63,062 bases of DNA, filler included, from 5 parts of 5 records of this genome joined end to end with filler, not necessarily neighbours in it; one strand, 5' to 3'; shown: positions 8,100 to 17,506, counted from the whole stretch's first letter. Translations and numbers: made by a program. The notes: generated by a model from the sequence alone, not told the origin.

Positions 8100-10652
8100 T
8101 TGTTTAAAGTACACCTACGATATCCCCTCTTTTTTCTGCTCGGCATCTTTTTTACTTTAGATGCGAACAGTCAGTATTTTCCATCCAGACAATACACCAC
8201 TACCGATGGAATGCCATCTCCTGGTGTTTTCGATATTACCCAATCGGCCAATGGAGTAATGTGGTTCATGACTAAATCAGGACCTATGTACTACAATGCC
8301 AAAGAGTGGGTGACATTTCCTGATTCTCTGAACCTACCCTCTTCCAGCAATTCCAAAATTGTGTCTTTCGGAAATGCCATATGGGTGGCTGGTCTCAGCG
8401 ATACGACCTTATCTATCCAGTATTTTAATGATCAATGGCATAAAATACCACCCCCATTCGAATCACAAGATTTGTATTATGACATTTCATTCAACGTCTG
8501 CGAAAGCAATGGAGCGAGAAGAGTGCTACTCGGAAATAAGAATCGGCTGTGGATCTATCATACTGATGATAAGATATGGAAGAACTTCTCATTTGATGGT
8601 CAAAGAATCAATGATATTCGAACCATTGGTGACCAGTGTTTGGTAACAACATCCGATGGGGTTTTTGAATATAAAGATGATACGCTTGAAGTATTCAAGC
8701 TCCCCTATGATCGATTACCTAATAAAAGCATTTTAACCCTTGTCAAGTCAAAAGAAAAAATGCATTTACTCGGATCCGACTGGTATGCCGAAGTAATTGG
8801 AGACAATATTGAATGGCTCATCAAGGGAATTGGACTGAGCGAAGTTCCTAAAGGCTATCAAAGTTCCCTGGTTGTGAATGATGATGTTATCCTGTTTGGT
8901 GCACACACGCCTGCACGAATCATTGATCGAAAGAATAAAACCTGGAACGACCTGCCTATCGGTGGCGAAATAGTCAACATTGGAAGCACCCGGATATTTA
9001 AGGATCAGGAAAGCAATATTTGGGTCAGCGATTCCAGAGGTTTATTCAAGTTCAATATTTTACGATTCGTCAACTACAACAAGAACTCAGGTCTGGCAAA
9101 AAATGAAGTTTCTGCTATCAAAGAGCTATCCAACGGCCTTATGATAGTAGCCAACCCAAGGCATTTAAATATTATGGATGGGAATACCATCGAGAACATT
9201 CGTTTAAGTCCCGAAGAAGATCTCGGGTATCGGGTATTGGACATTGAAGAGGACCCCCAACTGAAAGAGGTCTACATGGCGAATAGTCTTGGTGGGCTAT
9301 TGATCTATAAAAATGATCAGTTTTCACAACCAATTCAGACCATTAATTTTGATCGCTTCAAAATCACCTCTGTTGAGCGACACAACGGCAAGTTATATAT
9401 CGCAGGGTTTTACGGACTCTATCAATTAATCAACAGAAAGCTCCAGATAGTGGACTCACTGAAGAGCATTCGAAACATCATCAGTTTAGGGGACAAGCTT
9501 GCATTGCTATCTAATTCAAAAGGGATGTACATCCATGACGGAAGTTCATTCATTCACTATAGCTCAAATAACTTTGACTTAAACAGTGTTTATGATATCG
9601 CAATATATAATGGAGACACATTACTTGCCACGCGGGATGGGACAGGAATTGCAAAAAATGGAGTCATAAGTCATGACCTTAAATATACCCAGAAGTATCC
9701 TACGTATAGCTTGCTTTTGGATAGCAAGGGTAGATTGTGGAGTGGTACGGATCGCGGGATTTTTATGTTTGATAATGGTAAAAGCAGCTATTTTGGAGTA
9801 GATGAAGGATTGGCTGGAAGAGAAGTCAACAGAAACGCATTTTTAGAGGATCGTAATGAAAATATCTGGATAGGTACTGAGAGCGGGGCATCTGTATTTA
9901 AAGGAGGACACACTTCACAGTATTTAAACCTGAATGTAGAGATTACAAATGTCATCAGTGGAAAAGGAAACCAATTGACTCAATCAAACACGATCACACT
10001 ACCCTACGATGACAATGAAATGCGGATTACATTTCAGTGTGCTTCTTATGTCAACGAAGACAAAATCAATTTCAGGTATCGCATAGGTCAGTCCGGTAAA
10101 AAATGGGTGAAGCTATCAAACGCTCAAAATGACATCATCTTCAGAAACCTGGGCTATGGTGACGCCACATTCGAAATTCAAGCCCGATATGGATTAGAAG
10201 CATGGGGACCGGTCACCAGGTTTGATTTCACCGTCCTGAAGCCGTTTTACTTAAAGTGGTGGTTTATCGCGTTGGCATTAATCGCTGTTTTTATTGCAGG
10301 GAGAACCATCTTCTATTTCAGGTATCTGTACCTGATCAGACAGAAAGAAAAGCTCAAAAGGGAGGTGCAGGCCAGAACAAAAGAAATATCCGAGCTTAAT
10401 GAGAACCTGGAGGAAAAGGTGATTCTACGTACCCGTGAGCTGGAGGAAAAGAATAAAAGACTACAGGAGTATGCCTATATAAATGCTCACTACTTAAGAG
10501 GTCCGCTTACGAAGATCATGAGTGTGCTTCATTTACAAAAGCTGGAGCGTGAAACTCAAATCAATAAAAAGTATATCGAGATCTTGCAAGAGGCAGTAGA
10601 CGAGTTGGATGAAGTTATTCACTCGATTACCGATCGTCTGGATTTAGATTAA
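8100..10652 (+). CDS. Periplasmic beta-propeller/YYY sensor with TM helix, coiled coil and HisKA (DHp) domain, no HATPase domain
   Basis: Propeller-type repeats (D..G.LW.GT..G, D...NIWIGT); YYY-like NFRYRI...FEIQAR; PFY..WWF TM; H-box NAHYLRGPL; stop about 50 aa later. Confidence 0.85.
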   Translation: MFKVHLRYPLFFLLGIFFTLDANSQYFPSRQYTTTDGMPSPGVFDITQSANGVMWFMTKSGPMYYNAKEWVTFPDSLNLPSSSNSKIVSFGNAIWVAGLSDTTLSIQYFNDQWHKIPPPFESQDLYYDISFNVCESNGARRVLLGNKNRLWIYHTDDKIWKNFSFDGQRINDIRTIGDQCLVTTSDGVFEYKDDTLEVFKLPYDRLPNKSILTLVKSKEKMHLLGSDWYAEVIGDNIEWLIKGIGLSEVPKGYQSSLVVNDDVILFGAHTPARIIDRKNKTWNDLPIGGEIVNIGSTRIFKDQESNIWVSDSRGLFKFNILRFVNYNKNSGLAKNEVSAIKELSNGLMIVANPRHLNIMDGNTIENIRLSPEEDLGYRVLDIEEDPQLKEVYMANSLGGLLIYKNDQFSQPIQTINFDRFKITSVERHNGKLYIAGFYGLYQLINRKLQIVDSLKSIRNIISLGDKLALLSNSKGMYIHDGSSFIHYSSNNFDLNSVYDIAIYNGDTLLATRDGTGIAKNGVISHDLKYTQKYPTYSLLLDSKGRLWSGTDRGIFMFDNGKSSYFGVDEGLAGREVNRNAFLEDRNENIWIGTESGASVFKGGHTSQYLNLNVEITNVISGKGNQLTQSNTITLPYDDNEMRITFQCASYVNEDKINFRYRIGQSGKKWVKLSNAQNDIIFRNLGYGDATFEIQARYGLEAWGPVTRFDFTVLKPFYLKWWFIALALIAVFIAGRTIFYFRYLYLIRQKEKLKREVQARTKEISELNENLEEKVILRTRELEEKNKRLQEYAYINAHYLRGPLTKIMSVLHLQKLERETQINKKYIEILQEAVDELDEVIHSITDRLDLD

Positions 10653-10665
10653 GATTAATTAAAAT

Positions 10666-10689
10666 AAAAAAGAGCCCGCAGGCTCTTTT
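10666..10689. terminator. Bidirectional intrinsic terminator
   Basis: AAAAGAGCC-CGCA-GGCTCTTTT between convergent genes. Confidence 0.8.
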
Positions 10690-10708
10690 AGGTTGAGGTC
10701 ATTCAAAC

Positions 10709-11824
10709 TCAATAATGTTGATACTCAGCTATCTCTCCGGTCTCACTAGTCACTCTCATCGCAAGATGCCCTTTATCATCAAATTCGTAAGTATAAGTAC
10801 TTTGAGTGTTGGTTGTCTCTGTTTCTACTTTTAAGAACCCTAGAAGTGTATTCTGTGCCCGAACGGTTGGGACAACTTCATATGGATAGCTATTGGGTTT
10901 GTCGATATAGTCCCCATATGTTCTGGTAGAAATCCATTTAAAATCATCCCCTTCCGGTACATAGGTAAGGATTTTTTTTAGGTTTCCATCAGTATTGTAA
11001 GTAAAGGTTAGTGCAACTGTGATTTTATAAGTTCCATCCTGCTGCAGGCTATATGTTGTCTTCTCTCCAATATTTCCAACTTCATCATAGGAATAGGTGT
11101 AATATGATTGTTTCACCCCATTTTGAAATCGTTCTGATTTTACAACTTTATTATTATCCCAGAAATAATTTTCATATAACATTTCATTGTAGTGAATGAC
11201 GGATAATTGCCCATTTTCGTACAAATAAGTGTCCGTTCCTGATTGGTAATGAATGCTCTTGTTCTCCCAATTAATTTTGTAAATACGGCCGAATTCATCG
11301 TATTCGATTGACCTGCTACTTGATACAATTCCTTGTGTAGAGGAGAACGATTTTAACTTACCATACATCTCATCATCGATCACTTTGAGACTAAGAACTT
11401 TCTTACTTCCTATCTCAAATGCCTCAGATACTTTGTCAATTTTGATGGTATAGACACGCTCCTCATCTGCCAGAATATTATCAATGATTTCGACAGTGAT
11501 TGTGGTCGATATGGCTCCCTTCTCAACAAAAAGGTCAATATTTCCAGAATCGTCCATATATGGAATGTCAATCCCATCTAATGTTGCCGATTGAACCAAA
11601 AGTGAAATCTCACCTTCACCCTGACTTGGATTGTCAAACTCCAGTACAATGTCTTTCAAACCATTGTTTTCTAAAACAATGATATCCTCACCGAATTCGA
11701 CGGTGACTGGTACAAGCTCTTCAGGAGTGGGTTTCGTATCCTCCTCCTTACATGAAATGATACCTACCATCACCATGATAGCCAGTATCTGCATATGCCT
11801 TGATAACATAAAAGTATGCCGCAC
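10709..11824 (-). CDS. Lipoprotein with Calx-beta-like N-terminal domain and Tyr-rich beta-strand repeat C-terminal domain
   Basis: Lipobox IISC followed by KEED; V.IIDN..D...VIDDE pattern; repeated YSYD/FTYN/YEFD..G motifs. Start codon uncertain. Confidence 0.65.
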   Translation of the reverse strand: MRHTFMLSRHMQILAIMVMVGIISCKEEDTKPTPEELVPVTVEFGEDIIVLENNGLKDIVLEFDNPSQGEGEISLLVQSATLDGIDIPYMDDSGNIDLFVEKGAISTTITVEIIDNILADEERVYTIKIDKVSEAFEIGSKKVLSLKVIDDEMYGKLKSFSSTQGIVSSSRSIEYDEFGRIYKINWENKSIHYQSGTDTYLYENGQLSVIHYNEMLYENYFWDNNKVVKSERFQNGVKQSYYTYSYDEVGNIGEKTTYSLQQDGTYKITVALTFTYNTDGNLKKILTYVPEGDDFKWISTRTYGDYIDKPNSYPYEVVPTVRAQNTLLGFLKVETETTNTQSTYTYEFDDKGHLAMRVTSETGEIAEYQHY

Positions 11825-11901
11825 ATTTTACAGCCAACTCATTTCATCAAAACAAATGCCAAATTGAATGTAGGGGTAATTAATATTATGGCATGAAACT
11901 A

Positions 11902-12690
11902 TCACATCACTTTGTAAACATCAATGGTGTTGGCCTGAAAGTTTCTGCGTCTTAAACAGACCTCAAATCCCTCTCTTGAGCCTTCATCATTGGTGTTTCC
12001 TTCTATCGTGTGCATCCAGTCTCCTTCCACTCCTATCACAATACCTGTGTGCACCCAATCATACTGAGTTTTCATATTCAGGAAGACGTCCCCGGGTTCA
12101 ATGAGCTTAGGATTATTTCGCAGGTTTACATTCCGGTGTAAGCGCTTCTCCTTCAATCCATGATTACCCACCACATCGCAGCTATAGGAATGCGGCATAA
12201 TCTCAGTAAAGCGTCGGCCAATCGTCGATGTAGCCTGATCCAAAATAGTTTGCACAAAGCCCATGCACCAAGCCCACTCTTTTCCTTCATTACCATCCAT
12301 ATAGGCACGTACCCACGGACCTATATTTGAATTGTAGAGCTCCCGTGGAATGTTTTGCAAATGCTGACGGGCATAGGCCACAATCAGCTGCCTTAGGTCA
12401 TTTCCATCTATTCGGCTAAATGCATTAAACAGGGGACTTGATAATGTCCTAAACGTGTTTGGCCCGACGACTCCATCTATCTCCAGGTTTTTATGTGTCT
12501 GAAAATCCCGAACCACAGCTTCGGTTTGAGGACCATAATCCCCATCTACCGACACACGGTGAAACCACCCGGGATCGACAAAACGCCAGAGGTTCAACCA
12601 CTCCTGCACTTTTTGCACGTCATATCCTTTCGCTCCTACCTTTAGTAACTTCGAAATGTTCAGCTCTTTGATGTAGTGTTTCTTTATCAT
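11902..12690 (-). CDS. Peptidoglycan-binding domain + CHAP-type cell-wall hydrolase
   Basis: VDGDYGPQTEAVVRDFQ...LEIDGVVGPNT (PG_binding_1); AWCMGFV, HTGIV, TIEGNTN (CHAP Cys/His). Confidence 0.88.
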   Translation of the reverse strand: MIKKHYIKELNISKLLKVGAKGYDVQKVQEWLNLWRFVDPGWFHRVSVDGDYGPQTEAVVRDFQTHKNLEIDGVVGPNTFRTLSSPLFNAFSRIDGNDLRQLIVAYARQHLQNIPRELYNSNIGPWVRAYMDGNEGKEWAWCMGFVQTILDQATSTIGRRFTEIMPHSYSCDVVGNHGLKEKRLHRNVNLRNNPKLIEPGDVFLNMKTQYDWVHTGIVIGVEGDWMHTIEGNTNDEGSREGFEVCLRRRNFQANTIDVYKVM

Positions 12691-12694
12691 GGTG

Positions 12695-14404
12695 TTATTT
12701 TTTTAGTCGGTCTATAAATTCAGATACACTTGACTGCAATCGTGTCAGCGGACGAAGTTTCTCTTCATGAATTTGTTTTCGCTTAATTACTTTCCGTACC
12801 GTATCTATTTCGGTAAGCAGAATGGAGTCCCATGGACTTAGTGTCTGTGTAGCCAATTCAATCCATTTTTCCCGAGCTACCGAGTCTTTTAGAGGAATCG
12901 GTTGGTACCTGAACTTGCTCAGATTAAGTGTGCTGTCATATCTGGAGAGTGAAGCGCTATCCAGCGCAACCAATGATTCATTCCATTCATGTCGAAAATC
13001 ACCGGAAACAAACCAATCGGAATGCTTCTTTGTAACGGAGGTTGCCAGGTCGAATTCATTGGTGCGAAGGGTGTCTCTTGTTGCTACCAGTTGTATTATA
13101 TCGGTTGAGTCAATATGAAAAGTATCCTTTAAGATGTTCGCCATCCCCAGCGAATAATAGCTAAATGGATATTCCACTTCCAGAAATGAGAGCTTTTTCA
13201 AACCAGCAACAAATCGCCTGAAATGCTGCGTGAGCTTTTCTGCTTTATCGATGCTCACCGTATCAATTGTGCCGAGGTATTGCTGATACAGACTATCAAT
13301 GAAAACCGCCTCATATCGATCTACAAGGGTGTCAGCCTTGATGGTCGCCAGATGTAAATCATATGGATGCGTATGAAAAGAAACCTGTAGGTCCGGTTCA
13401 TCCAGTAACAGAGAGAAAAAATTCCGTAATGCTTCCACTCCATTTCCCTCGGCTCGTTTTACAATCTCAGCCCCTCGTGCCTGTGCTAACAGCTTCTGCT
13501 TACATTGCCTCTTTACTTCTTTGGCTTCTTTAAAATCCACATCGCCGGAGAACGAAACCAGCTCAAACCCCTTAACCTTTCGTTCGGGAATAAACCATGG
13601 GTTGATATCCACATCTAAAACAGTTGGTTTGATGCCGTAGAAATGAATCATCTTTCGGTCTTCCTCATACAGGAAGTTACTCTCGTCTAATTGGCCAAAA
13701 TCAAACCCGGCTCGTACCGAACCACGCCCGATAAACACAATGTTTTTCTTTTTCTCGCGCTCCAAATCCTGCCCCACCACATACTGATAAAAAGGAAAGT
13801 AGTCATACACAAATGCCGGCACATCGAGCAGGTAAGCATTCATCGCAGAGTCCAGCCTCTCTCCCTTAAGTCGGCTTGTTTTGTTTAGCCGCTTGTATTC
13901 CTTCTTAAAGTCCTTGAGCATGCGCTTGTAGATCGTTTGCTCTACATTCCCCACAAGTCTCCCCTCTTTATAAATTCGACTCATTTTGCGGGTTAGGTAC
14001 TGATTTCCCAGACAAGCAACAAATTCATTAAAGGTATTATTTGCAGGCAGATCAAGATGAAATTCACTATTTCTCACCTTTGATTTAAGTTCATTTTTCC
14101 TGCCCCTGTTTTCCCATATTGTGAAGGCCACTTCCTGCCAGACATCTTCAGCAAAAGTGGTCAGGGTATCTGACGGAAATTCGGTTAGCTTAAACTCTTT
14201 CCAGGAAGAAATCACCTCACCGTAATATTCTGCGGTGACTAGCTGTCCGATATCCCTTACTCCAGTTACCAAGTTGGCTGTCTGTTTGGTTCGTGCATTG
14301 GTGAACATCCCAATAGGATCCCAGAAAGTAAAGGCGATAATCGCTCCCACTACGATCACAATATCGAGAAAAAGCTTCCAGTTTTTAATCAGGAAATAAA
14401 TCAT
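12695..14404 (-). CDS. Membrane-anchored DUF4230-like protein with a large insertion and C-terminal extension
   Basis: N-terminal TM; VRDIGQLVTAEYYGEV and GRGSVRAGFDF motifs; AE.N...LRNFF helix. Confidence 0.7.
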   Translation of the reverse strand: MIYFLIKNWKLFLDIVIVVGAIIAFTFWDPIGMFTNARTKQTANLVTGVRDIGQLVTAEYYGEVISSWKEFKLTEFPSDTLTTFAEDVWQEVAFTIWENRGRKNELKSKVRNSEFHLDLPANNTFNEFVACLGNQYLTRKMSRIYKEGRLVGNVEQTIYKRMLKDFKKEYKRLNKTSRLKGERLDSAMNAYLLDVPAFVYDYFPFYQYVVGQDLEREKKKNIVFIGRGSVRAGFDFGQLDESNFLYEEDRKMIHFYGIKPTVLDVDINPWFIPERKVKGFELVSFSGDVDFKEAKEVKRQCKQKLLAQARGAEIVKRAEGNGVEALRNFFSLLLDEPDLQVSFHTHPYDLHLATIKADTLVDRYEAVFIDSLYQQYLGTIDTVSIDKAEKLTQHFRRFVAGLKKLSFLEVEYPFSYYSLGMANILKDTFHIDSTDIIQLVATRDTLRTNEFDLATSVTKKHSDWFVSGDFRHEWNESLVALDSASLSRYDSTLNLSKFRYQPIPLKDSVAREKWIELATQTLSPWDSILLTEIDTVRKVIKRKQIHEEKLRPLTRLQSSVSEFIDRLKK

Positions 14405-14991
14405 ATACCTACCTCCTCTTCTGTTATTTCCGGAATCAGCTCTCCCTTGTGAAAGTCAATGTATATCTCCTGATATCCCAGGGTACGAAGCAGATTCTGC
14501 AACATCAACCGGGTTTTCTTTTCAGTTGCTTCGATGATGTTCATGTGCTTCAGAGAGTTTCTGATATCGATCTCCGCATCCTGAAAGAAGCTCTCCTGGT
14601 CTTCAAGCGAAATTTTGTTTAAAAATGCATCAGTGGAAACGAGCGTATCCATTTCAAAAAGCTCTGCAGGATAGGAAAAGTTAATAACCTCCACTGCAGG
14701 CAACATGAGTGAAATGCTTTTTCCCTGAATGTCTACATCATCTTTTTGTAATTTCTCCAGATCAACTCCTGCTTTTACAATCGCTTTGGAGTGAGCAAGA
14801 AACTTTGCCTCATTAAGCTTTACCACCCAAAGCAATCGCTTTCGCTTTACTCCATAAACAATCTTATCAATGGTGAACTCGGTAGTTGCCAGCTTAGATG
14901 CTTTTTTAATCTTACCCACCACCAAGCCACGATCATCCTTGCAGGCTGTCAGCAAGACCATTAATGAAACGATATAAATAAGCCGCTTCAT
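14401..14991 (-). CDS. DUF4230-like lipoprotein
   Basis: Lipobox LTAC; KLAT.E, A.VKAGVDL, LP..EV, LLRTLGY..I.I.F. Confidence 0.8.
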   Translation of the reverse strand: MKRLIYIVSLMVLLTACKDDRGLVVGKIKKASKLATTEFTIDKIVYGVKRKRLLWVVKLNEAKFLAHSKAIVKAGVDLEKLQKDDVDIQGKSISLMLPAVEVINFSYPAELFEMDTLVSTDAFLNKISLEDQESFFQDAEIDIRNSLKHMNIIEATEKKTRLMLQNLLRTLGYQEIYIDFHKGELIPEITEEEVGI

Positions 14992-14992
14992 T

Positions 14993-15982
14993 TTACCCTT
15001 TCATTGGATCTACGGTAGAAAAATCTTCTTTACCTGATGCTTTTGGCTTCTCCTTCGTTGATACTTCTTCAGGTTTAGAAGATTGCATGGGATCCGTCGC
15101 TCCGGCAGGTGTTGGTTCTTCTATTTCCTTTTTCACCTGCTCTGCCATGGACGGTTGAGCCGGTTGATTAGTTGGTGCCCCTTCCTTTCCTGTCGGAACC
15201 GGTGCACCGTTTGGCCTGAGGTACTGTAACGAACGACTGCCAAAATAAAAGGCAATCATCATCAGAAAAGCAGTCTTAAAAAACTCATATTGATCCCAGA
15301 AAAGCGAACTGGAATCTATTTCATTGGTCATGCCAAAGCTCACAACCAGGAGCGCAATTGCCCCAAACAGCAGAGAAAAAGCAATCATTCCTCTCACGGT
15401 CCCATTCGGCATTCCAAATGTTTCGTCTTTATAGGGATTGTATTTTGGCTCGGCTTCTATGTCATCCGGATCATAAAAGTTCCCTTGCCGTTTGTCTTCT
15501 TTAGCTTGATAGATTTTGTTCCATTCCTCATCGGTAAGTCCAAGATTGACATTGTAGTAATAGACCGCCCAGATGAAATACGAAAGGAAGATACATGCCC
15601 AGAGTGTAACAATTCCCAGCGCGATGGCTTTAAAAACAGCCTCCTCTCCGGTGTTGGTTTCAAAAACCATCATCACCCCAAATGCACCCAGAGCCAATAG
15701 AATAAAAATAATCACCCGAATACCCCAGAAGAAAAACTTCGACATGGAGTCGGGCTTCTTCTTTTCTGTTGCCGTAGTAGATTTATAAAAAGCGAATGCA
15801 CCAATGAAGAATGCAAAAGAAACAATTACAGCAATGTGGCTGCCTAAACCTCCGATCCAGGGAGTACCAAAATACTCTTTGATTAGAAGCAGGAAAAAGA
15901 GAAAAGCAAAAGATGCAACCAGCCCTTTCAGCAGGGTTCGGTTGAAAAGCAGTTTATCACGTGAACGGAATAATTCAAGCAT
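14993..15982 (-). CDS. Uncharacterised membrane protein, about 6 TM, with a Pro-rich tail
   Basis: Six hydrophobic segments; GMPNGTVRG and IAFYFGSRS motifs; translationally coupled on both sides. Confidence 0.8.
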   Translation of the reverse strand: MLELFRSRDKLLFNRTLLKGLVASFAFLFFLLLIKEYFGTPWIGGLGSHIAVIVSFAFFIGAFAFYKSTTATEKKKPDSMSKFFFWGIRVIIFILLALGAFGVMMVFETNTGEEAVFKAIALGIVTLWACIFLSYFIWAVYYYNVNLGLTDEEWNKIYQAKEDKRQGNFYDPDDIEAEPKYNPYKDETFGMPNGTVRGMIAFSLLFGAIALLVVSFGMTNEIDSSSLFWDQYEFFKTAFLMMIAFYFGSRSLQYLRPNGAPVPTGKEGAPTNQPAQPSMAEQVKKEIEEPTPAGATDPMQSSKPEEVSTKEKPKASGKEDFSTVDPMKG

Positions 15983-16163
15983 TGCCCAGGGATTTGAAGA
16001 AGTTGGAAATGGATTTGATAATAGCTTTTACAAACCCGACAATTGGGCCGATCAAGCCAACCAACCATAACCATACATCCTCCAGCAAATCCGGACGATA
16101 GATAACCAGTATAATAGAAATAGTGATTAACGCAACAAGTATAAGTATGAGTGCGTGCCTCAT
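15975..16163 (-). CDS. Small 2-TM membrane protein (62 aa)
   Basis: Two hydrophobic segments plus a basic amphipathic tail; 8-bp overlap with the next ATG. Confidence 0.7.
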   Translation of the reverse strand: MRHALILILVALITISIILVIYRPDLLEDVWLWLVGLIGPIVGFVKAIIKSISNFFKSLGNA

Positions 16164-16242
16164 GAGGTTTAAGTGATTAGGTTGGTTCTTTAAATAGAAT
16201 CAATTTTTAACCTAAATCAAATACCCAAATAGTGGTATTTTC

Positions 16243-17265
16243 TCAATTACCTCTTTCGATCGCTAATTCAATCAATTGATCAATCAAATCAGAATAGCTA
16301 AGACCTGATTCCTCCCATAACTTGGGATACATGCTGATATTGGTGAATCCGGGAATGGTATTTACCTCGTTCACCAGAATTGCGCCTTCCTCCGTAAGAA
16401 ACATATCTACTCTGGCCATGCCCTCACAATTCAAAGCGCGATACGCCTTAATGGCCGTTTGCTTTAATGCAGGGAGATATTTGTCATCAATCTTTGCAGG
16501 TATGATAATCTCTGCGTGAGACTGAGCGGCATACTTCTCCTCATAAGAATAAAAATCTCCTGATTGAACCTCCCCCACTCCGGTTGCCTTAGGATCATCA
16601 TTTCCAAGCACCGCACACTCTAATTCCTTGCCTTTAACTGCTTTTTCAACCAACACCTTTCGGTCATATTTCAAGGCATCCGATATCGCAGATTCCCATT
16701 CTGATTCATTAGTCACACGGTGTACACCAACCGACGAGCCCATGTTTGCTGGCTTCACAAACACCACTGACCCAAGTTGGCTAGCTATTTTAGTATAGGA
16801 TGGAATCTCATCCCCCTTTTGGATTTTCAGCCAGTTGGCCACCATCAGCCCTGAGTCCCTCAGCAATCTTTTGGTCACATCCTTATCCATGCAAACCGAA
16901 GAACTCAAAACTCCCGGTCCCACAAATGGAAGGTTCATCAGCTTAAGGAGCCCTTGAATTGTTCCATCCTCTCCATTCGGTCCATGAAGGATGGGAAAGA
17001 CCACTTGAAACTGAGGGATATCCTTCCCCTGACATGTAAAGCAATTGCTTTGATGAGGCTCAATCTTAACTGTACTTCCCTGGCTAGTAATTTCATCACC
17101 CAGATCAGTTTCCTCTATTAATCGCCAGGACCCACTTTTACTAATCCCAAAAAGCGTCACTGCATATTTTGAGCGGTCGATTGCGGCAAGGATGTTTTTC
17201 GTTGATCGGATGGATATCTCATGTTCCGGAGACTGACCGCCACATAGGATTAATAGGTTTATCAT
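16243..17265 (-). CDS. ddl: D-alanine--D-alanine ligase
   Basis: GGQSPEHEIS, LHGPNGEDGTIQG, KPANMGSSVG, NEVNTIPGFT..SMYP. Confidence 0.96.
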   Translation of the reverse strand: MINLLILCGGQSPEHEISIRSTKNILAAIDRSKYAVTLFGISKSGSWRLIEETDLGDEITSQGSTVKIEPHQSNCFTCQGKDIPQFQVVFPILHGPNGEDGTIQGLLKLMNLPFVGPGVLSSSVCMDKDVTKRLLRDSGLMVANWLKIQKGDEIPSYTKIASQLGSVVFVKPANMGSSVGVHRVTNESEWESAISDALKYDRKVLVEKAVKGKELECAVLGNDDPKATGVGEVQSGDFYSYEEKYAAQSHAEIIIPAKIDDKYLPALKQTAIKAYRALNCEGMARVDMFLTEEGAILVNEVNTIPGFTNISMYPKLWEESGLSYSDLIDQLIELAIERGN

Positions 17266-17296
17266 AGGTTAGTATCTAAAACGAACATACACTTTT

Positions 17297-17506
17297 TCAA
17301 TCATAAATTTCCCTCAACTCAAAGTCCTCCCCTTTTCCATACTGGATCAACTCACTCATTAAATATTTTTCCATGGAAAAAATATCTTTCAATCGATAGT
17401 CGTTTCTACCTACAACCTCTACTAAAATAAATTCACTTTTCTCACCGTAATTGATCAGACGGTATTTCTTCCCAACACGCATACTTGAAAATGCCAGTCC
17501 ACTCAT
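17297..17506 (-). CDS. Small hypothetical protein (69 aa)
   Basis: MSGLAFSSMRVGKKYRLINYGE...GKGEDFELREI. ATG 17506 avoids overlap with the divergent gene. Confidence 0.65.
   Translation of the reverse strand: MSGLAFSSMRVGKKYRLINYGEKSEFILVEVVGRNDYRLKDIFSMEKYLMSELIQYGKGEDFELREIYD

Noticed and set aside
11902-16163. Prophage
   Set aside because: No integrase, terminase, capsid, tail genes or att-like repeats were seen nearby.
16243-17265. Van-type D-Ala-D-Lac ligase
   Set aside because: The omega loop has Tyr (YEEKY) as in D-Ala-D-Ala ligases, and no van genes are adjacent.
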